From: Azolla caroliniana
Taxonomy: Eukaryota > Plantae > Polypodiophyta
NCBI GenBank assembly: GCA_043228905.1
Contig: JBHGNT010000011.1
Location: 18,476,001-18,540,000, forward strand
Reading direction: 5' to 3'
Length of the DNA: 64,000 bases
Position numbers and translations under genes: made by a program. Below are positions 1 through 13,935 of this stretch, piece by piece. The notes under the pieces were generated by a model. The model worked only from the letters and a program-made list of their open reading frames with translations. It had not been told where the DNA came from and did no database searches. The number at the start of each line of letters is the position of its first letter. The first letter of the stretch is position 1.

Positions 1-200
1 TAGCAGAAAGGATAAGAATTGTTCATGAAAATCATCAGTAATACGATAGATGCATGGAAGATATCTTCATATTCTTCAACAATACTCCACAAACTTCCAT
101 GTTCCCTACTGTGGGAAGTAACGAGTAGATTCTCTCTAGTATTAATGCTGAGTCTAAGGAAGGACGAGGTTCGAAAGTGCCAGATAAAGTATCTACTTAC

Positions 201-813
201 GTTGCCGCAGGGAAGACCAAGCTGCCATAGCCGCATTCTTCTCTGCTTGCTTCTTTGTCTTAGCAGGGTCTCCCATGAACCTTCTCCCTCCAACCTCCAC
301 CATGCACTTGAAGAGAGGGAGATGCTTTGGTCCGGACCTAATCGTCGTATACACAGGCAGAGATACCCCAGCTCTCTGCGCCGTTTCCTGCAACAAATTC
401 TTACAGACTCCCGTTTCGTCCTGCGGGAACATGGAGTGAAGCAGCACACACAGAATTAAGAACGAGTGAGGGAACTTTGCAGGGGAAGAAAAGATAACAT
501 TTTTGTATACGCTGATGAGAAATTAGGGTATTGGCAATGGCGATGGTGATGATCTCGAAGTCCTTACCAGTATTCGAGCAGCCAGGGACTGTACAGGGCC
601 TCGCGTTGAGAGTTTTGAGAGGGCGATCTCTGCAGCAGAATGCTCTGCTTGCCTGAGTGTCGTATGATACCCGGGGCTTTCAAACACCTCTCCATTAAAG
701 CTTACAGTAGCTTTGAACCTTGGCGCATGGTCAGGACCTTCTCTGATGCAAGTGTAGGAAGGCAAATTGAAGCAGCTCCTCTGCGCAAGCTCTTGTAGCT
801 GATTCTTGAACAT
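201..813 (-). CDS. DRB: Double-stranded RNA-binding protein (DRB2/DRB3/DRB5 type), exons 1-2; gene continues beyond the left edge
   Basis: Exon 1 is 813-568 (MFKNQLQELAQRSCFNLPSY...GPDHAPRFKATV...AEHSAAEIAL, dsRBD1) with a GT donor at 567. Exon 2 is 420-201 after a CAG acceptor (DETGVCKNLLQETAQRAG...KTKKQAEKNAAMAAW, dsRBD2), followed by a GTAAGT donor at 200. Confidence 0.93.
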
Positions 814-1426
814 CTTTTTTTTGTTTTAGGGGTCGATATTGTATGGATCAATAGAGATGGCGTCCCGCTCTGAATTGCTTAGATGCGTTGAGGCGGGCAA
901 CCAGGGAAATCAGACGGAATTGCAGAAGCGGAATCGGAGCTTCGACATAGTTGAAGATGGGAGGGAAAGTTTGAGGTAAAGAAGGGAAGCTGGGCAGTAT
1001 TATCTGGCGCCTCGAGTCAGAAGGTGGAAGGAAGGAGAGAGGAGGAGCTCCGGAGGAAGTGGCGATGGTGGTCGCGAGCTGCTCAGAGGGAGCTCTGATG
1101 GTGGCGATGGTGGAGCTCGCGAGCAATGGCCATCAGGAAGAGGGAGGGGGGGGGGGGGGGGGAGGCTATGGTGGCGGAAGGTTTTTTTGTTTCTGTGTAA
1201 GAAGGAGGGAGAAGGAGGAAGAGGAAGAGGAAGAGAAGGAAAGAGGTTCCTGCGATGTGGGCGATGTCGCCGCGAGCTCCTACAAGTAGCAGAAGAAAGT
1301 AGTAGCAGGAAGAAGAAGCAGAAGAAGAAGAAGAAGAAGAGAGAGAGAGAGAGAGATGCAGGCGCAGAGAAATGAAGAAAAAAGAGCACGAGACGCAAAG
1401 ACTGTGTGCGTGTGTGTGTGTGTGTC

Positions 1427-2065
1427 TAGAGAGAGGATGTGAATCTAGAGAGGGGATGTACGCGCACGTGAGATACACACATAGACTGAGAGTGAGATAT
1501 CAATCATCATCATCCATCCATCATCCACCATGACCTCATTCCAAACTTCTAGAGAGTAGATGCTGAGTTTTTCTTTTTTAGAGAGAGAGTCCATGTGCAT
1601 GGTACATTTGGTATGTATGTATGTATGATAGATAGATAGATAGCGCTCTCAACTCCATCACTCCTCCATACAACAAAAGAAGACTTAATTTTATCAGTTC
1701 TTTTTTTTTAATCCTTTAAGAATGAGAGAGAGCCCTTGCTTAGCACACCCTAATAATAATCAGATCGCTCCTCATTCATTCTTAGATGGCTTAGTACTAC
1801 TTACTCCCCCCCCCCCCCCCCCCACCCTAACCCACTTTAAGTGTTTTTTATTATATATATAATACACACACAAATTACTCCCGGCTCAACATTTCCCCAT
1901 TGGTCTATCCAGTAGAGAGAGGATGTGTGTGGCCACCACGCATGTAGAGAGTGGATGTATGTCCGCCCTCGCACTCCCACATCATGGATGGCATGTGGAG
2001 AGGGTTTTAAGTGTTTTCTTTTTTTTTTTGTTTTGGATTCGTTCGATTTCTAGCATTTAATTAAC

Positions 2066-2103
<38 letters not shown>

Positions 2104-2843
2104 ATTGAATCGAATTGAATGTTGGTGTGGTATGTAATATGTATAATGTATGTATGATAGAGAGTGGATATGTGCGTGTGTTGTAAAAAGTGAAGGGCCA
2201 TGATGAGGGATGCCGATTGAATGCGCAAAATGCCCCCCCCCCCCCCCTCCTTCCCCACGTTAATAAGATAATCTATCGAAAAGAAGTAAAAATAAACAAC
2301 CAAATCTTCGGTTTGAAGGAAATATAATTAAACCCCTCCACCCTTTCATTTCGATTATTATTACTGTTAGTGTGTGGTTCGCTTTTAAGATTAGAGAGAG
2401 TTTTACACTTCAATTCCAGAACTGAAAGCCCTCACCCTTATTACAATTACTTTGAATTTAAAGGAAGGGAGGGAGGGAGGGGGGGGGGGGGTGCTCTTTT
2501 TAGTTATGAGCAATTAGTCAGTCTCGTTAAATCCTTCCGTGAGAGAATGAATGTAGAGAGAGGATGTGCCCATCCAATCCATCTGTCTTAGACAGTGGAT
2601 GTGAAGCATCTCGTCATTAAAAACAAATAAACCAAAAAATAAAAGTTTTTTTATAATTATTAGTTCTTTTCTTTTCTTTTTTGTTTTAAATTCCGGAGTA
2701 TTCAATGGAATTCTCTCTACATACATATCTTTCTCATTAGCTTCTTCCCTAATTTATGTTTCTTCTTCTTCTTCTTCTTCTTCGCTTCATGAGTGCGTGA
2801 ATCTAGAGAGAGGATATGATATGCGAATCTAGAGAGAGGATAT
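1427..2843 (+). promoter_or_regulatory. Cluster of ten 14-bp motifs TAGAGAG(A/T/G)GGAT(G/A)T upstream of the DRB gene
   Basis: Copies start at 1427, 1446, 1550, 1913, 1945, 2158, 2554, 2589, 2804 and 2830, all in the same orientation and in unrelated flanking sequence. The regulatory role is inferred. Confidence 0.55.
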
Positions 2844-3672
2844 TCACCGTGTTTAATGTATGATGGATGCATGCATGTGAATGATGTTCGAGTGAAGTAC
2901 TACTACTACTACTACTACTACTCTTCTCTCTTTCTCTCAATTGCGTTTTTAAGTCCACCAAAAAAAAAAAAAACTTGGCAATTAATTACACTCCCCCCCC
3001 CCCTTTTATATACGTATGGTTATACCCATACGCAGCATACATACGTACACGCATGTACGCGTATACGTATACGTATACGAAGTATCTATTGGTCCTTTAT
3101 ATTTACGTCTCTCTCTCTCTCTCTTATGAGTCTTAGGCGCCATCCAAAATTCCTCCCCCCTTCCTTTCGTCAATGAAATTGAAGCTCTTTCTTTTCCGTG
3201 TGAGTTGTTGCCCTTTAATTCTTCATTAAACACGGCCTTTTCCCTCCCCCTTTTAATTGTATTCAAACCTCCCTTCCCTTGGGTCCCTCACCACCACAAG
3301 AGAGAGAAATGACGAAAGAAAATAGACTTTGGGTACATTTGTTATGTTGCAACTTTGGGCATCATTGGTTTAACCGTGAAGATTTTGTCGCCCATTTGCT
3401 TTATATGAGGTATCATTTGATTACCTATTGTTAGTGGAGTGGGTCTTTGGGATAATTGGAGTACAATAAACAGGCTTTTGGTTCGATTATCTTTGGTGAT
3501 TAGTTTGATCCTCACCATGGGCTAGGTTCACATTGAATTGCTCCCCAATGGACATTAGACATATATGTATCTATTTCCATTAATTGAAAGGAATTTATTT
3601 TATTTGGCAAGTCTCACATTTAAGCTTTCCAAGCACCTTGTAATGTGAAGAGTTGCCTTTAAGTCATCTAGT

Positions 3673-4164
3673 CTTTCAACAAGGGTTTACATTGCCATAA
3701 TGTTCTCCTCATTGTGGTACCGATAACATGGTTTTGGTGTTCTCCTATAGTTTTCAAACCCAATGAGTTTACATTGCCATAACACTCTCATCATTATGGT
3801 AGTGACAACACGGTTTTGGTATTCATGTAGTTTTCAAGCCCAAAGGGTTTACATTGCCAAAACATTCTCGTCATTATGGTAGTGACAACACAGTATACGG
3901 TATTCTCTTGTAGTTTTCAAACCCAAAGGGTTTACGTTGCCATAACATTCTTGTCATTATGGTAATGACAACACGATATTGGTATTCTTCTATTCTTTTC
4001 AAACCCAAAGGGTTTACATTGCCATAACATTCTTGTCATTATGGTGGTGACAACACAGTTTCGGTATTCTCCTGTTCTTTTCAAACACAATGGGTTTACA
4101 TTGCCATAACATTCTCGTCATTATGGTGGTGACAACACGGTATTGGTATTCTCCCGTTCTTTTC
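3673..4164. repeat. Minisatellite, ~6 copies of an ~80-83 bp unit
   Basis: The unit (AA)GGGTTTACATTGCCATAACATTCTCGTCATTATGGT.GTGACAACAC...TTTTCAAACCC recurs at ~3681, 3762, 3842, 3925, 4007 and 4089. Confidence 0.9.
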
Positions 4165-4314
4165 GAGTATATATAATTATACAATGAGAACAAGAGGGAT
4201 GGATTAGAGTTTAGATTTTAGTTGAGATGCGGCCAACCCCCTATCGAGGATCAACCTTGAGCTCTCCCAAAATTATGACTTCAATGCGATGATGTCTACA
4301 AAATTAACCACCCG

Positions 4315-4349
<35 letters not shown>

Positions 4350-4427
4350 AAGTGTCACCATTAAGATATGTCATTAACACAATGAGAGAGAGCTAACGAA
4401 ATAATAATGAACAAATAACCAAGTAAT

Positions 4428-4565
4428 AAGTTGTGTGTAACCAACAACAATAACACAACATCTCTGAGAGATTGTTGATTTGTTTGATATAATACCTAGA
4501 AAGAAGTTGTGTAACCAACAACCATAGTGCAACACTCAAAAGTGATTGTTTATTTGTTTGATACA
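4428..4565. repeat. Diverged ~77-bp direct duplication
   Basis: AAGTTGTGT(GT)AACCAACAAC...GATTGTT.ATTTGTTTGATA occurs twice. Confidence 0.65.
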
Positions 4566-5842
4566 CTGTCACAACACTTGCTCTATTCGATTGAATTAGG
4601 CAAGTTCCATAATGAAAAGATGAATCTAAGTTGTAGTCTTCGCGCGTTTTGTTCTTAATACTATTGAAGAAAATCTTATATAAAAAAAAGAAAAAAGAAG
4701 ATAAATCTAGAGAGATGGTGTAAGGTTCTTGCTGCTTAGCATTTACAAAAAGTGTACGCGGGCTAAATATTCATGGTACAGTTGTGCATGAGTGAACAAC
4801 TTTTTGAAGGAGTGTGAAACTTCTAAAAAATGGACAAGTTTTGGATTTTGAATAGGTAGCAACCTAAACACTAAATTGTTCATTTTGCTCAACATTCATG
4901 AGAGACGAACAATACGCAACATTGAACAAATGGTTGTGTTCAATTCATAAAGCATGGATGGGCCAGTTTCTATAGCAATGTGAAGTTTATGGAATGAGCT
5001 CTTTGGTTTAGAAACCATGGGGTAATCATAAAAGATCATTATCCTATGTGTTTGACAACTTTGTAATAGCTAATTCACTCTGAATGTGTCATCCTATTAA
5101 AATATAAGCATGTTCTTGCTTCATAGAACTTTTACATGTTTGGACGTGAAGGTAGTCTAATTGTGCTTGCCTACCATCTTCGTATGACCAAATTTGGAAT
5201 TGTCTATCATTTTCTAAATGCTTGTTATTTTTATTGCATCAAAATAATCGAGCATTTTACTACTAGCCTTAACACAAACTTTTTATGTCATATTCTTGTG
5301 AATAAAACCGTCGTCTTCTTGGCACTTGACTAACACTAAACATTTGGCCTCACATGAGAGACTAAAAAGCATATACCTTCTTGAAAGATATGACAGATCA
5401 TAATATTATAAGGTGCAACCATCAACCCTTAAAGTGTACATAGTGTGGCGAAAGATGTATGTATGTATACTGCCCAGCCAAATCAACAATCTTCATACCC
5501 ATATGTTATTGTTTCATTGTTCCTGGATAAGGTTCTACAAACCACGTATTCTCCACTAAATCCCTCATGTGTGTGGCCAAATGTAGCCAACACCTACTCA
5601 TATTTGTACTCCAAATCACCTACACATCTATCTATGGTTGCGTAATTGTATGAACACTACTAATATTAGTACTATATTTTTCGAATCAACAAAAATTAAA
5701 AATTAGATGTTCATAAAGACAAACGATTTATAAAGTTAGGAGGATAAAAAATTTACCTTGTTTGATTTTTCACATGAGATAGGCAGTATTTGAAATGCTC
5801 ATTGATGATGTGAATGTGGTAAACATAGGCATGCAATGCTGC

Positions 5843-5877
<35 letters not shown>

Positions 5878-7309
5878 CTACATTGTAACGATGTAAACTG
5901 CTTCTATTCATGGAGCTAGTCATGTGTGAATCTTCGTCATCGGTGGTGTAAATTAGTCATATGAGTTTCACACTTGCATTTACCTTCACAAATACCGTCG
6001 TCTTTATAGTAGGTGGTGATTCTAGATTGTATCTACATGTGGTCACACTATATCTAGTAATAGGTAGAAGAATGGATGATTATATTATAGGAAACCAATA
6101 TTAGTAACATATTTTACGTCAATACAAGTTAAAGATTGGATGTTCAACTAAATATGAAATGGGTTGTACAAATAGGATGACAACTATAGCACCTTGTTCC
6201 ACCTTATCAACATGATAGAGAGATTGTGTATAATATGAATGCTCAGAGTCGTATATCCTTTGTGACAACAAGATGTATGCACTTAGTAAGTTATATGGCA
6301 ATTTTCCTTATATTAAGTTGGTTGTTTCCTCCATGATGGCGAGCTTTAAAACATATGTATTTTTCTTTACATGACCCAACCATGACCTATCCATGGCCCA
6401 TGACAATGTCATGATAAATCTATGACCCATGCACGATTGTGCCATTATATCTCTATGCATGACCGTGTAGTTATCTATCAAAAACTATTCCATGTCCAAG
6501 ATTGCATTCTTCTAACCATACTAGTTTGAAATCATATTAACCAATGTTTGGTGGGAATAATGATAATTAGGGGTATTTTTATTTTATTCATGTTTCAAAC
6601 GAAAGATCAAAATAAAGAGTATTTGCTCAAATCCACACCGTAAGTGTTAATACAAGAACACAAGAGTTTTCTCTCAACAATGTCATAATAAGAATAATAA
6701 TTGCTCATGTTTGGCAAGCGATGACATTGCTCCATAACTTACAATCAGTGGTCATGCGCAAGTTTATTCTCATAGCAAAAAAAATCCTCAAATACCTCGT
6801 AAGGTTTATTTTCTCCTAGAGATGCTTTGGCTAACCACCTCGAACAAATGTATGGTCAATGCATCCCTTTTTTCTCTCTTTTTGGGAGTTGACTAGGCGC
6901 ATTTGGGGGAGTAACAAAAGCTTTATTCTTGGATTTTCCCCCAATATAAAAAAACACCCATCCCATAGTCTAATATTAAAAGACTTGTTTCTTTCATAAA
7001 TCAATCAATCAATCATTAGGGTTCACGGTTATTGACCCATGATTGTCGATGAACCAACTTAACTTAGTATAGAATTTGGATGAGTTATAGAGAATCAATA
7101 TTGACTTCAAAATTTTCATTGAGTCATGGATGTCTCATGCACTTGTATTTTAGAGGCAACGCATAATTTGAAGAGCTCTTAATTGTAGATGAAAAACCGT
7201 CCTTCGTGGAAAAATGTTCACTTCATGAGTTAAAAACTTGACTACCACTTACTCATCCCAAAAAAATTGGCCATGCCTGATGTATTGTGAATCCATTTTT
7301 GGTATGCAC

Positions 7310-7570
7310 CAAATTTTATTCCTTGAAAACATTTTCATCTCAACCGAAAGAAGAAAAACATGCCATGCATCTCCCACATTTTAAATGATATATTACCATC
7401 GTTGGTGTAAATGTTGTCTATGCACCATGGTGTGAATGTCAATGTTCTCTCAAATCATCATCATCAAGAAACACTTTCATTTCAACGTTGCTAGATCATA
7501 AGAAAAACATGGCCTTTATCTCCCACATTTTAATTACTTTATATTACCATAGTTGGTGTAAAATGTTATA
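7310..7570. repeat. Diverged ~150-bp direct duplication
   Basis: AAGAAAAACATG...TCTCCCACATTTTAA...ATATTACCAT.GTTGGTGTAAA occurs at ~7351 and ~7500. Confidence 0.7.
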
Positions 7571-8023
7571 GTGAATGACATAGTTCCCTCAATCCAAGCT
7601 CAATGTTTTATGCCACTCTCTCATATCAAGATAGTTGACATAACAAAAACACCAATTCCCAAGTCATTTTAATGGCCATGTGTAAACATATATGTAACAT
7701 GGGGCTCTTTCTTTCATGAATTTCCTCACTCACCCTTATTTTTACACACAAAACTATGTAACCACGATGGTTTCTCATCACTTTCTACCATGTTTTGAAT
7801 TGAAACCTAACCCTTTAAACCCCCTTCAACAATTCACAATTTCCAACATGTGGCAGTGAGAATTGTTGTCATGCATGGATTACAATTCTTAAAAAATGTT
7901 GTTCCCTAATAGATAAATGTTCATCCAAGCGTAGAAAATACTTCCTATATTATAATTTATCTCCATAGATCAACCATAAGGTCGTGGTATACATATATAT
8001 ATACCACGACCTTGTTGTTTAGG

Positions 8024-8088
<65 letters not shown>

Positions 8089-9909
8089 GAGAGAGAGTAT
8101 ATGTATGTCTCTATGCATGGGTGCGTTATGTTGTAACTTGTAAGTTAGCATAATGATACTTAATTGACAAATAGATTATAGTATGCAAGTAATAAAGTTT
8201 ATTATTATCTAAACTTTCGTCGACAATAGGATGTAGTATGTATGTCACATTGGTGAAGTGTGTTGTATTCCATTTTCTTTTTCCAAATTTTCGGTTATGG
8301 TACAATATTGTCCATGTTGTGATTTACGTGCAATTTATGATGCACGTGATAAGTTCGGAACCAAATGAGCATTGCTCTACACCTAATTCTTAGTCGTACA
8401 TGATCAAACTTACAACATGTTGCACTTATGATGCCTTCCACCACAAATCCATATGCGCCAATGGTAAATTTGGGTTACATTTTGGTTTTATACAATATAT
8501 ATTCCATAAAATATGCAATAGATCCAGTTGTGTGCCCCATGATTGATTCACAAGCACAAACATGTTGGATTAAGTCAAGCCCAACTATCTTATGTTACTA
8601 TGACAGTGCACAAATTGAGTATTACGTACACACTAGTTACATGTATTCTTTTGTAATCTCGTGAAAAGCTAGAACAACCAATAGGCAGGGATGAAAAGGT
8701 GTGTATACCAACACACTATACATCCTTATGTTACATGTAGGGGGGCTTAAGATTTGCATGCTTGTGGTAGGTTAAAAAAGGTTGTAAATACCCATTCACA
8801 TACATTGACAAAGTAAAACAATCTCGTTTATATGTTATATTAATATTTCAGTTTATTCTTACAATGACATTGGTTGGGGAGTTCATGTAAAGCTCCAACT
8901 ATTGTAAATGAAGAAGTATTTGAATGATCCAACTCTATTTTCATATAAGATGGTCTTGTTCGAGTTATGAATGAACTTGTCATGAAACGAGGGGTAGGCA
9001 AACATATGGTCTGGTAGACATTGATGTGTTGTTTTTGTTTTAATTGATGTCCTCCTTTTGCTAAAAATGCGAAGCGACATAGTTAATAATAATATATAAA
9101 ACTTCACCTCAAAGTGCGGAGACATGGCTAATCAAATGCCAAATGTATAAACTTGTTTGCAATGGACTTTCAAGTCTTTCTCAAGGAAAACTAGTACATG
9201 GCTGGATTAGATATTTTTAGTACTTCCTTTCTATTTGGTGTTGTTTTGATAATAAACATGAATCTTGGTAGCACAATTTATTCTGTAAATGTTGATATAT
9301 TATATATACATATTGTATCGGCTTATACTAGAGTATTGGAGTCAAACGCGTTTTGCGTTTACTGTGCCAAAAGTAATAGGTGCCAAACAAGATAACTCGT
9401 ATTTCATCGTCTTTAAACAAACATTTATTGGTTTGAGGTTGGCAATCCTCATAAATGAAAATGAACTCCTTTGCCTTTACCACAAAGTTTCACGTCAAAT
9501 AAACATGAATACATTAACTTACCTTCAACAAAACCCAATGTTCTATACTCATAAGATAAATACCATGCTTGTATGGTAGAATCAATACGAAGCTAGTAAG
9601 TTCGTGTTTCATAAGCTACAAATGTTTTCAAGTACGTGTATCCTTAACGATTACAATATAACTAAATTTTCTTACACTTCTAATATTTTGTATCCCCACG
9701 GTATATATGTTGAGCTCCTAGTTGTTCACACATTGTCCCTTAAATATCAACCCATGTAGATGAATTAGAGCTCAATAAAATTTCAAACTGAACAACTCGT
9801 GTGATTGATGGATTTATTTTGTTAGGATGAGCCACTTGAATGTGCATTATACAATTTTTTTTGGATAATATTATTGTTTTCCACCTTGAAGTGAGACTTT
9901 GACATTTTC

Positions 9910-10160
9910 TTTAAGAGCTATTTGTTCAAGTACATGATCTTAAGTTGGAATATGGAGTACAACAAATTTTTAACATCATGTTTTAAAATCACATTGTTAA
10001 TGTACACGATCATAATCTAAAAATGGAGAGTCGTAAAAATTAACACCACATTTTAAGAGCATTTTCGTTAATGTGCATGATCTCAAAGAATAATATGGAG
10101 ATTGGTGGAAATTAACGTTGTGTTTTAAGAGCCGTTGTTAATGTGTATGGTTTCAAAGCA
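9910..10160. repeat. Degenerate ~71-bp tandem repeat, ~3.5 copies
   Basis: The pattern TTTTAAGAGC...GTTAATGTG(C/T)ATGATCTC...ATGGAG...ATTAAC recurs. Confidence 0.6.
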
Positions 10161-10980
10161 AAATACAATTAATTTTAACTATGAACAAAACAACTTATGC
10201 ATCGGTTAAGATTGGATCCAATATTATGATGGTTGCAAAGCATAAAAGGCTAACAATTGTCATACATTAAAGCCAATATTGGGGCATGATTTATACACTA
10301 CATTTTCACATTGTGCGTTAGAGATTATTTGAGTTGTTTTATAAGATATTGAATTCCAACGTGCACATGAAATTAGTCTTATGACTCCTTGATGATTTCC
10401 AAGCTAGGCATGCATTGCAAGTTTCATAATGTTGAAAGTACCCAATTTATTTACTACTCTGAAATTAAGTCATGCCTTTTGTTGCCTCCCTTTGCTTTAA
10501 TCACAAATGCACACTCAAGTATGAAATATACATTAATATATTATTTTGCCTAATGGTCTATAACAATGCTCAATGCGAGGCTCAGGTTGAAGCACTCAAT
10601 GCATATTTTTTTAGTGGAACAACTTAAAAAAGTAATGTTGTTCGATACCCTTATTGAAGGCTACGTCTTACTAGGGTGCTCTTCTTCAGAGCCACCTTGA
10701 AGTTGGTTTGTTGGCAAGACGAGCAATACTAGTTAATATCAATAATTGCCAAGCTACTCATACGTAGACTAGTTTTAATCTTATTCTACGGCTCAATATA
10801 TTGTTAAAAGATAATACTTTTACCACATTTCTTCGCACTTGATCGAATAGTAGAGATGCAAGAAAATCAACATATTGGTCTACCTTTCATTATTCTACTT
10901 AATGTAACTATAGGGATTAGCCAATTATCAACACATTGAGAGAGGGAGATATAAGAAGTATATAATAGAGAGGTGAAGAA

Positions 10981-11036
10981 GTTGGGTTTCGAACCCACAA
11001 CATAGTGCTTGTAGTGCTAACAACTTACCACTAGGT
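10981..11036 (-). mobile_element. Possible tRNA-derived (SINE-head-like) remnant
   Basis: The minus strand reads CCTAGTGGTAAG (A-box-like) ... GGGTTCGAAACCC (B-box). No intact cloverleaf is present. Confidence 0.35.
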
Positions 11037-11067
11037 AAGGTAATTACGATGAGAGAGAGAGAGAGAG

Positions 11068-13935
11068 CTACCTTTGAAACAAGCACTACAAGATCTTGAG
11101 GTAAGAAGTTATCAATAGTTTTGGGTGAGGGACAAGAAACAAGAGGTATATGATCGTAACTCTGTCTCACATAAATTCTTTCATGGGTTACATGCATCTC
11201 ATGCCAGAATGAATGTGGTACGCACAGAAGTTATGGAACATTGAGTACAAATCCACAAGTAATTATTGATAATTGTATTCAACATTTTACAAAACTTCTA
11301 GGTCATGAAAGTATTCTAGACAATGATATGAAAGAAGCACGAGCAATGTTTTTTCAATCCATCAAGGGCAATGTTAGGCAACTGGTTGTGATGAGTATAG
11401 AAGAGGACATAAGAGAAGAAGAGGTGGAGTATGTCTTATCACATATTGCAAACGATAAAAGTCCAGGTTGGGATGGAATTACGAACGAGTTTTTTAAATC
11501 ATTTCTCCAGGTTGGTATGGAGTTGTGGTAACATGCCTAATTCTTGGAAGATTGGGCTCATCAAACTTATACCTAGAGTTGCTTCTCCTACTTCATTTGG
11601 TCAATGGAGGCCAATATCATTAATGGGTGGTTTATACAAGATTTTTACCAAAGTAATTGTCAATCGACTTCAAAAGGTATTACACTCTATTGTACATCCA
11701 ATGCAGTATGGATTTATTGAAGGAAGGGACATCCTTCATAACATTTAAAATGTTCAAATGGCTATGGATTATGCCAAGGCATCAAAACAATAAATTGCTA
11801 TGATACAATTGGATATTGAGAAGGCTTATGATCATGTCAATTGGTCATTTCTTGCCCAACTTATGTTTGAGATGGGTTTTGGTATAAGGATGTCTCGACT
11901 CTCATTTATGTTGGGATTAGGTGCAGTGTCACATGTCATGTTAAATGGGGGAGTGACTAAGGCAATATCATTAACAAGGTCAATGAGACAAGGATGTCCA
12001 TTGACTCCATTATTATTTGCCATTGTTACCCACCCAGATTTGGTTAAAATGCATGAGTTAGCGATATGTCAAGATATAGTGGGACTTGTTTTACCCTCAG
12101 GGAATTAGCTAATAGCTCAAGCATTGGTAGATGATTCTTTTTTGTTTCTCAAGGCGCATCCCAGTAACATAGCCAAAGCCATGGAGGTGTGGAAGGTGTT
12201 TGCCTTAGCATCAGGTTTACATATTAATATGCACAAGTCATTGTTGAATAGATGCATTGAACAAGATTTGGTTAATCTTGGTTGAAGTGGTTGAATATTA
12301 GATAAAGGGAAGATTTGTCGGCATTTGGGCTACCCGATTGGTGTGGATATTTCACCAAATCAAAGCCTAACTTGGATATCTGGGACCATAGTAGATAAAT
12401 TTATATATTGGAAGTCCCAAGCTTGGTTGTTTGGTACTCGTCTCAAAGTGGTGCAAGCAATTATGATTTTGATGATTTCATATTTTTTGCCTTTGTTATG
12501 TTGGACAAAGAAATCATTTGATCACTTGGCTCGTGCTCTTATGTATACGTTATGGGAGAAAGAGTCCAACGTTGGTATCAGTTGGGTTTCATGGCTTCAT
12601 ATATGTACCCTAAAACATTTAGGAGGAGCTGGTTTACTCAAATTGGAAGATCATTTGGTTGCTCGAAGGTTTAGTCTCTTGAAAGAGATGTGTTCAGGTT
12701 CTCAACCATGGGTTGAGATAATTTGTTATTTTGTGTAGAAAGTGGGGATACAACATGGTAAAACAAAAATTAGAACTTCATGGTGGCATGTTATTAATAG
12801 CACTCGATCATTTATATGTTCAACATTTAGTGGTCTCTTGGCAAAAAAGTTTGAAGTTGTTCAATTGGAAACCACCTGATTGTAGAAAAGATTGCAACTC
12901 TTTGCCAGCAAAGGTAATAGCATCTTCAAGATTATTACAGTGGGATGGAAAAGACAGTTTAAAGTCAAAGTTTAATAGAAGGGCAAAACTATGTTTGGTA
13001 ACTGTGGAGGATGGTATTTTAGAGTCACAGAGGCAGATGATGGTTTTTTGAACCGTGAGAAGTAGATTTCATATACCTCCAAGATATGGTCAGATTTGGC
13101 AAACAATAGTACAATTGCCTATTTTATCATCACCGATTCCACAATTGGTGGTGGTGGAACCGTGGAGAGATTGGTTTTTTGATGACAAGAAATCATTATT
13201 TGCAGTGAACACAAATGATGTTTACCATAAATTGGTTAAGGATAGAGTTTGGGTATAGAGCAAGGTTTTGGATACATGGCACATTATCCGTGGAAGTGAA
13301 TGGTGTGCTAGAGTTTTAGATGCAGGATGGAAGTCTCATCTTCCTTTACGTGCAAATGTGTTTCTTTGGCATGCTATGGTTGGTGGGTTACCTTTGGCTA
13401 GGGCTTTAAAACGAAGACACATTGGTAGCGGTACATGTGTCTTTTGTACGACGGTTGATGAAGATTCTCGACACGGGTTTATATCTTGCCATGTTACTAA
13501 AAGTATATGGATAGGTATATCACAACTGTGGGGGTCATTAACTGGAAATGTTTTGTCACCTTTTCAATGGGTTTTCATTGAAGGTGATAGAGTTTTAACA
13601 TCCCTAGAGTATAAGTTTGTGTTTGATTATTTGCGGGTATTTGGGCATGTGGTATATTTGGAACTTGCGGAATGCTTTCTTATTTGATGGGCTTTCTGGA
13701 GTATCTCAATAGATATGTAGGATAAGAGGAAAGTTGATTTGGCAATTTTCACAATTATGTTGTATGGGAGGGAACTTTGTCCCCAAATGAGTTACCTTTG
13801 TGTTGCTTTGTATTGCAGCACCTTAGAAGGTTGTCCTTGCCACATCGCTACCTTTGATGTAGTTTTGATAGCAAGTTTTTTTTGTATTATCATGTTGTTT
13901 TAATATAAACATACATTTACGAAAGAAGAAGAAAA
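11068..13935 (+). mobile_element. 5'-truncated, decayed L1-type LINE (ORF2: RT and C-terminal zinc finger) with stops and frameshifts
   Basis: Ordered motifs are DRNS..KFFH (~11150), KSPGWDGITNEFF, WRPISLMGGLYKIFTKV, QYGFIEGRDILHNI, QLDIEKAYDHVNW, MRQGCPLTPLLF, LVDD (~12124), LGYPIG, LGGAG, and zf-RVT VFLW..GGLP...CVFC....ED.RH.F..C. It ends in an A-rich 3' end at ~13900-13935 and has (GA)n on both sides. Confidence 0.92.

Noticed and set aside
848-1478. Several overlapping low-complexity ORFs
   Set aside because: They derive from GA/GAA/G-run simple sequence in the DRB leader/promoter, mostly have non-ATG starts, and show no domain.
3673-4164. Regular repeat array resembling a CRISPR array
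   Set aside because: The whole ~82-bp unit is repeated with no unique spacers. The context is eukaryotic and no cas genes are present.
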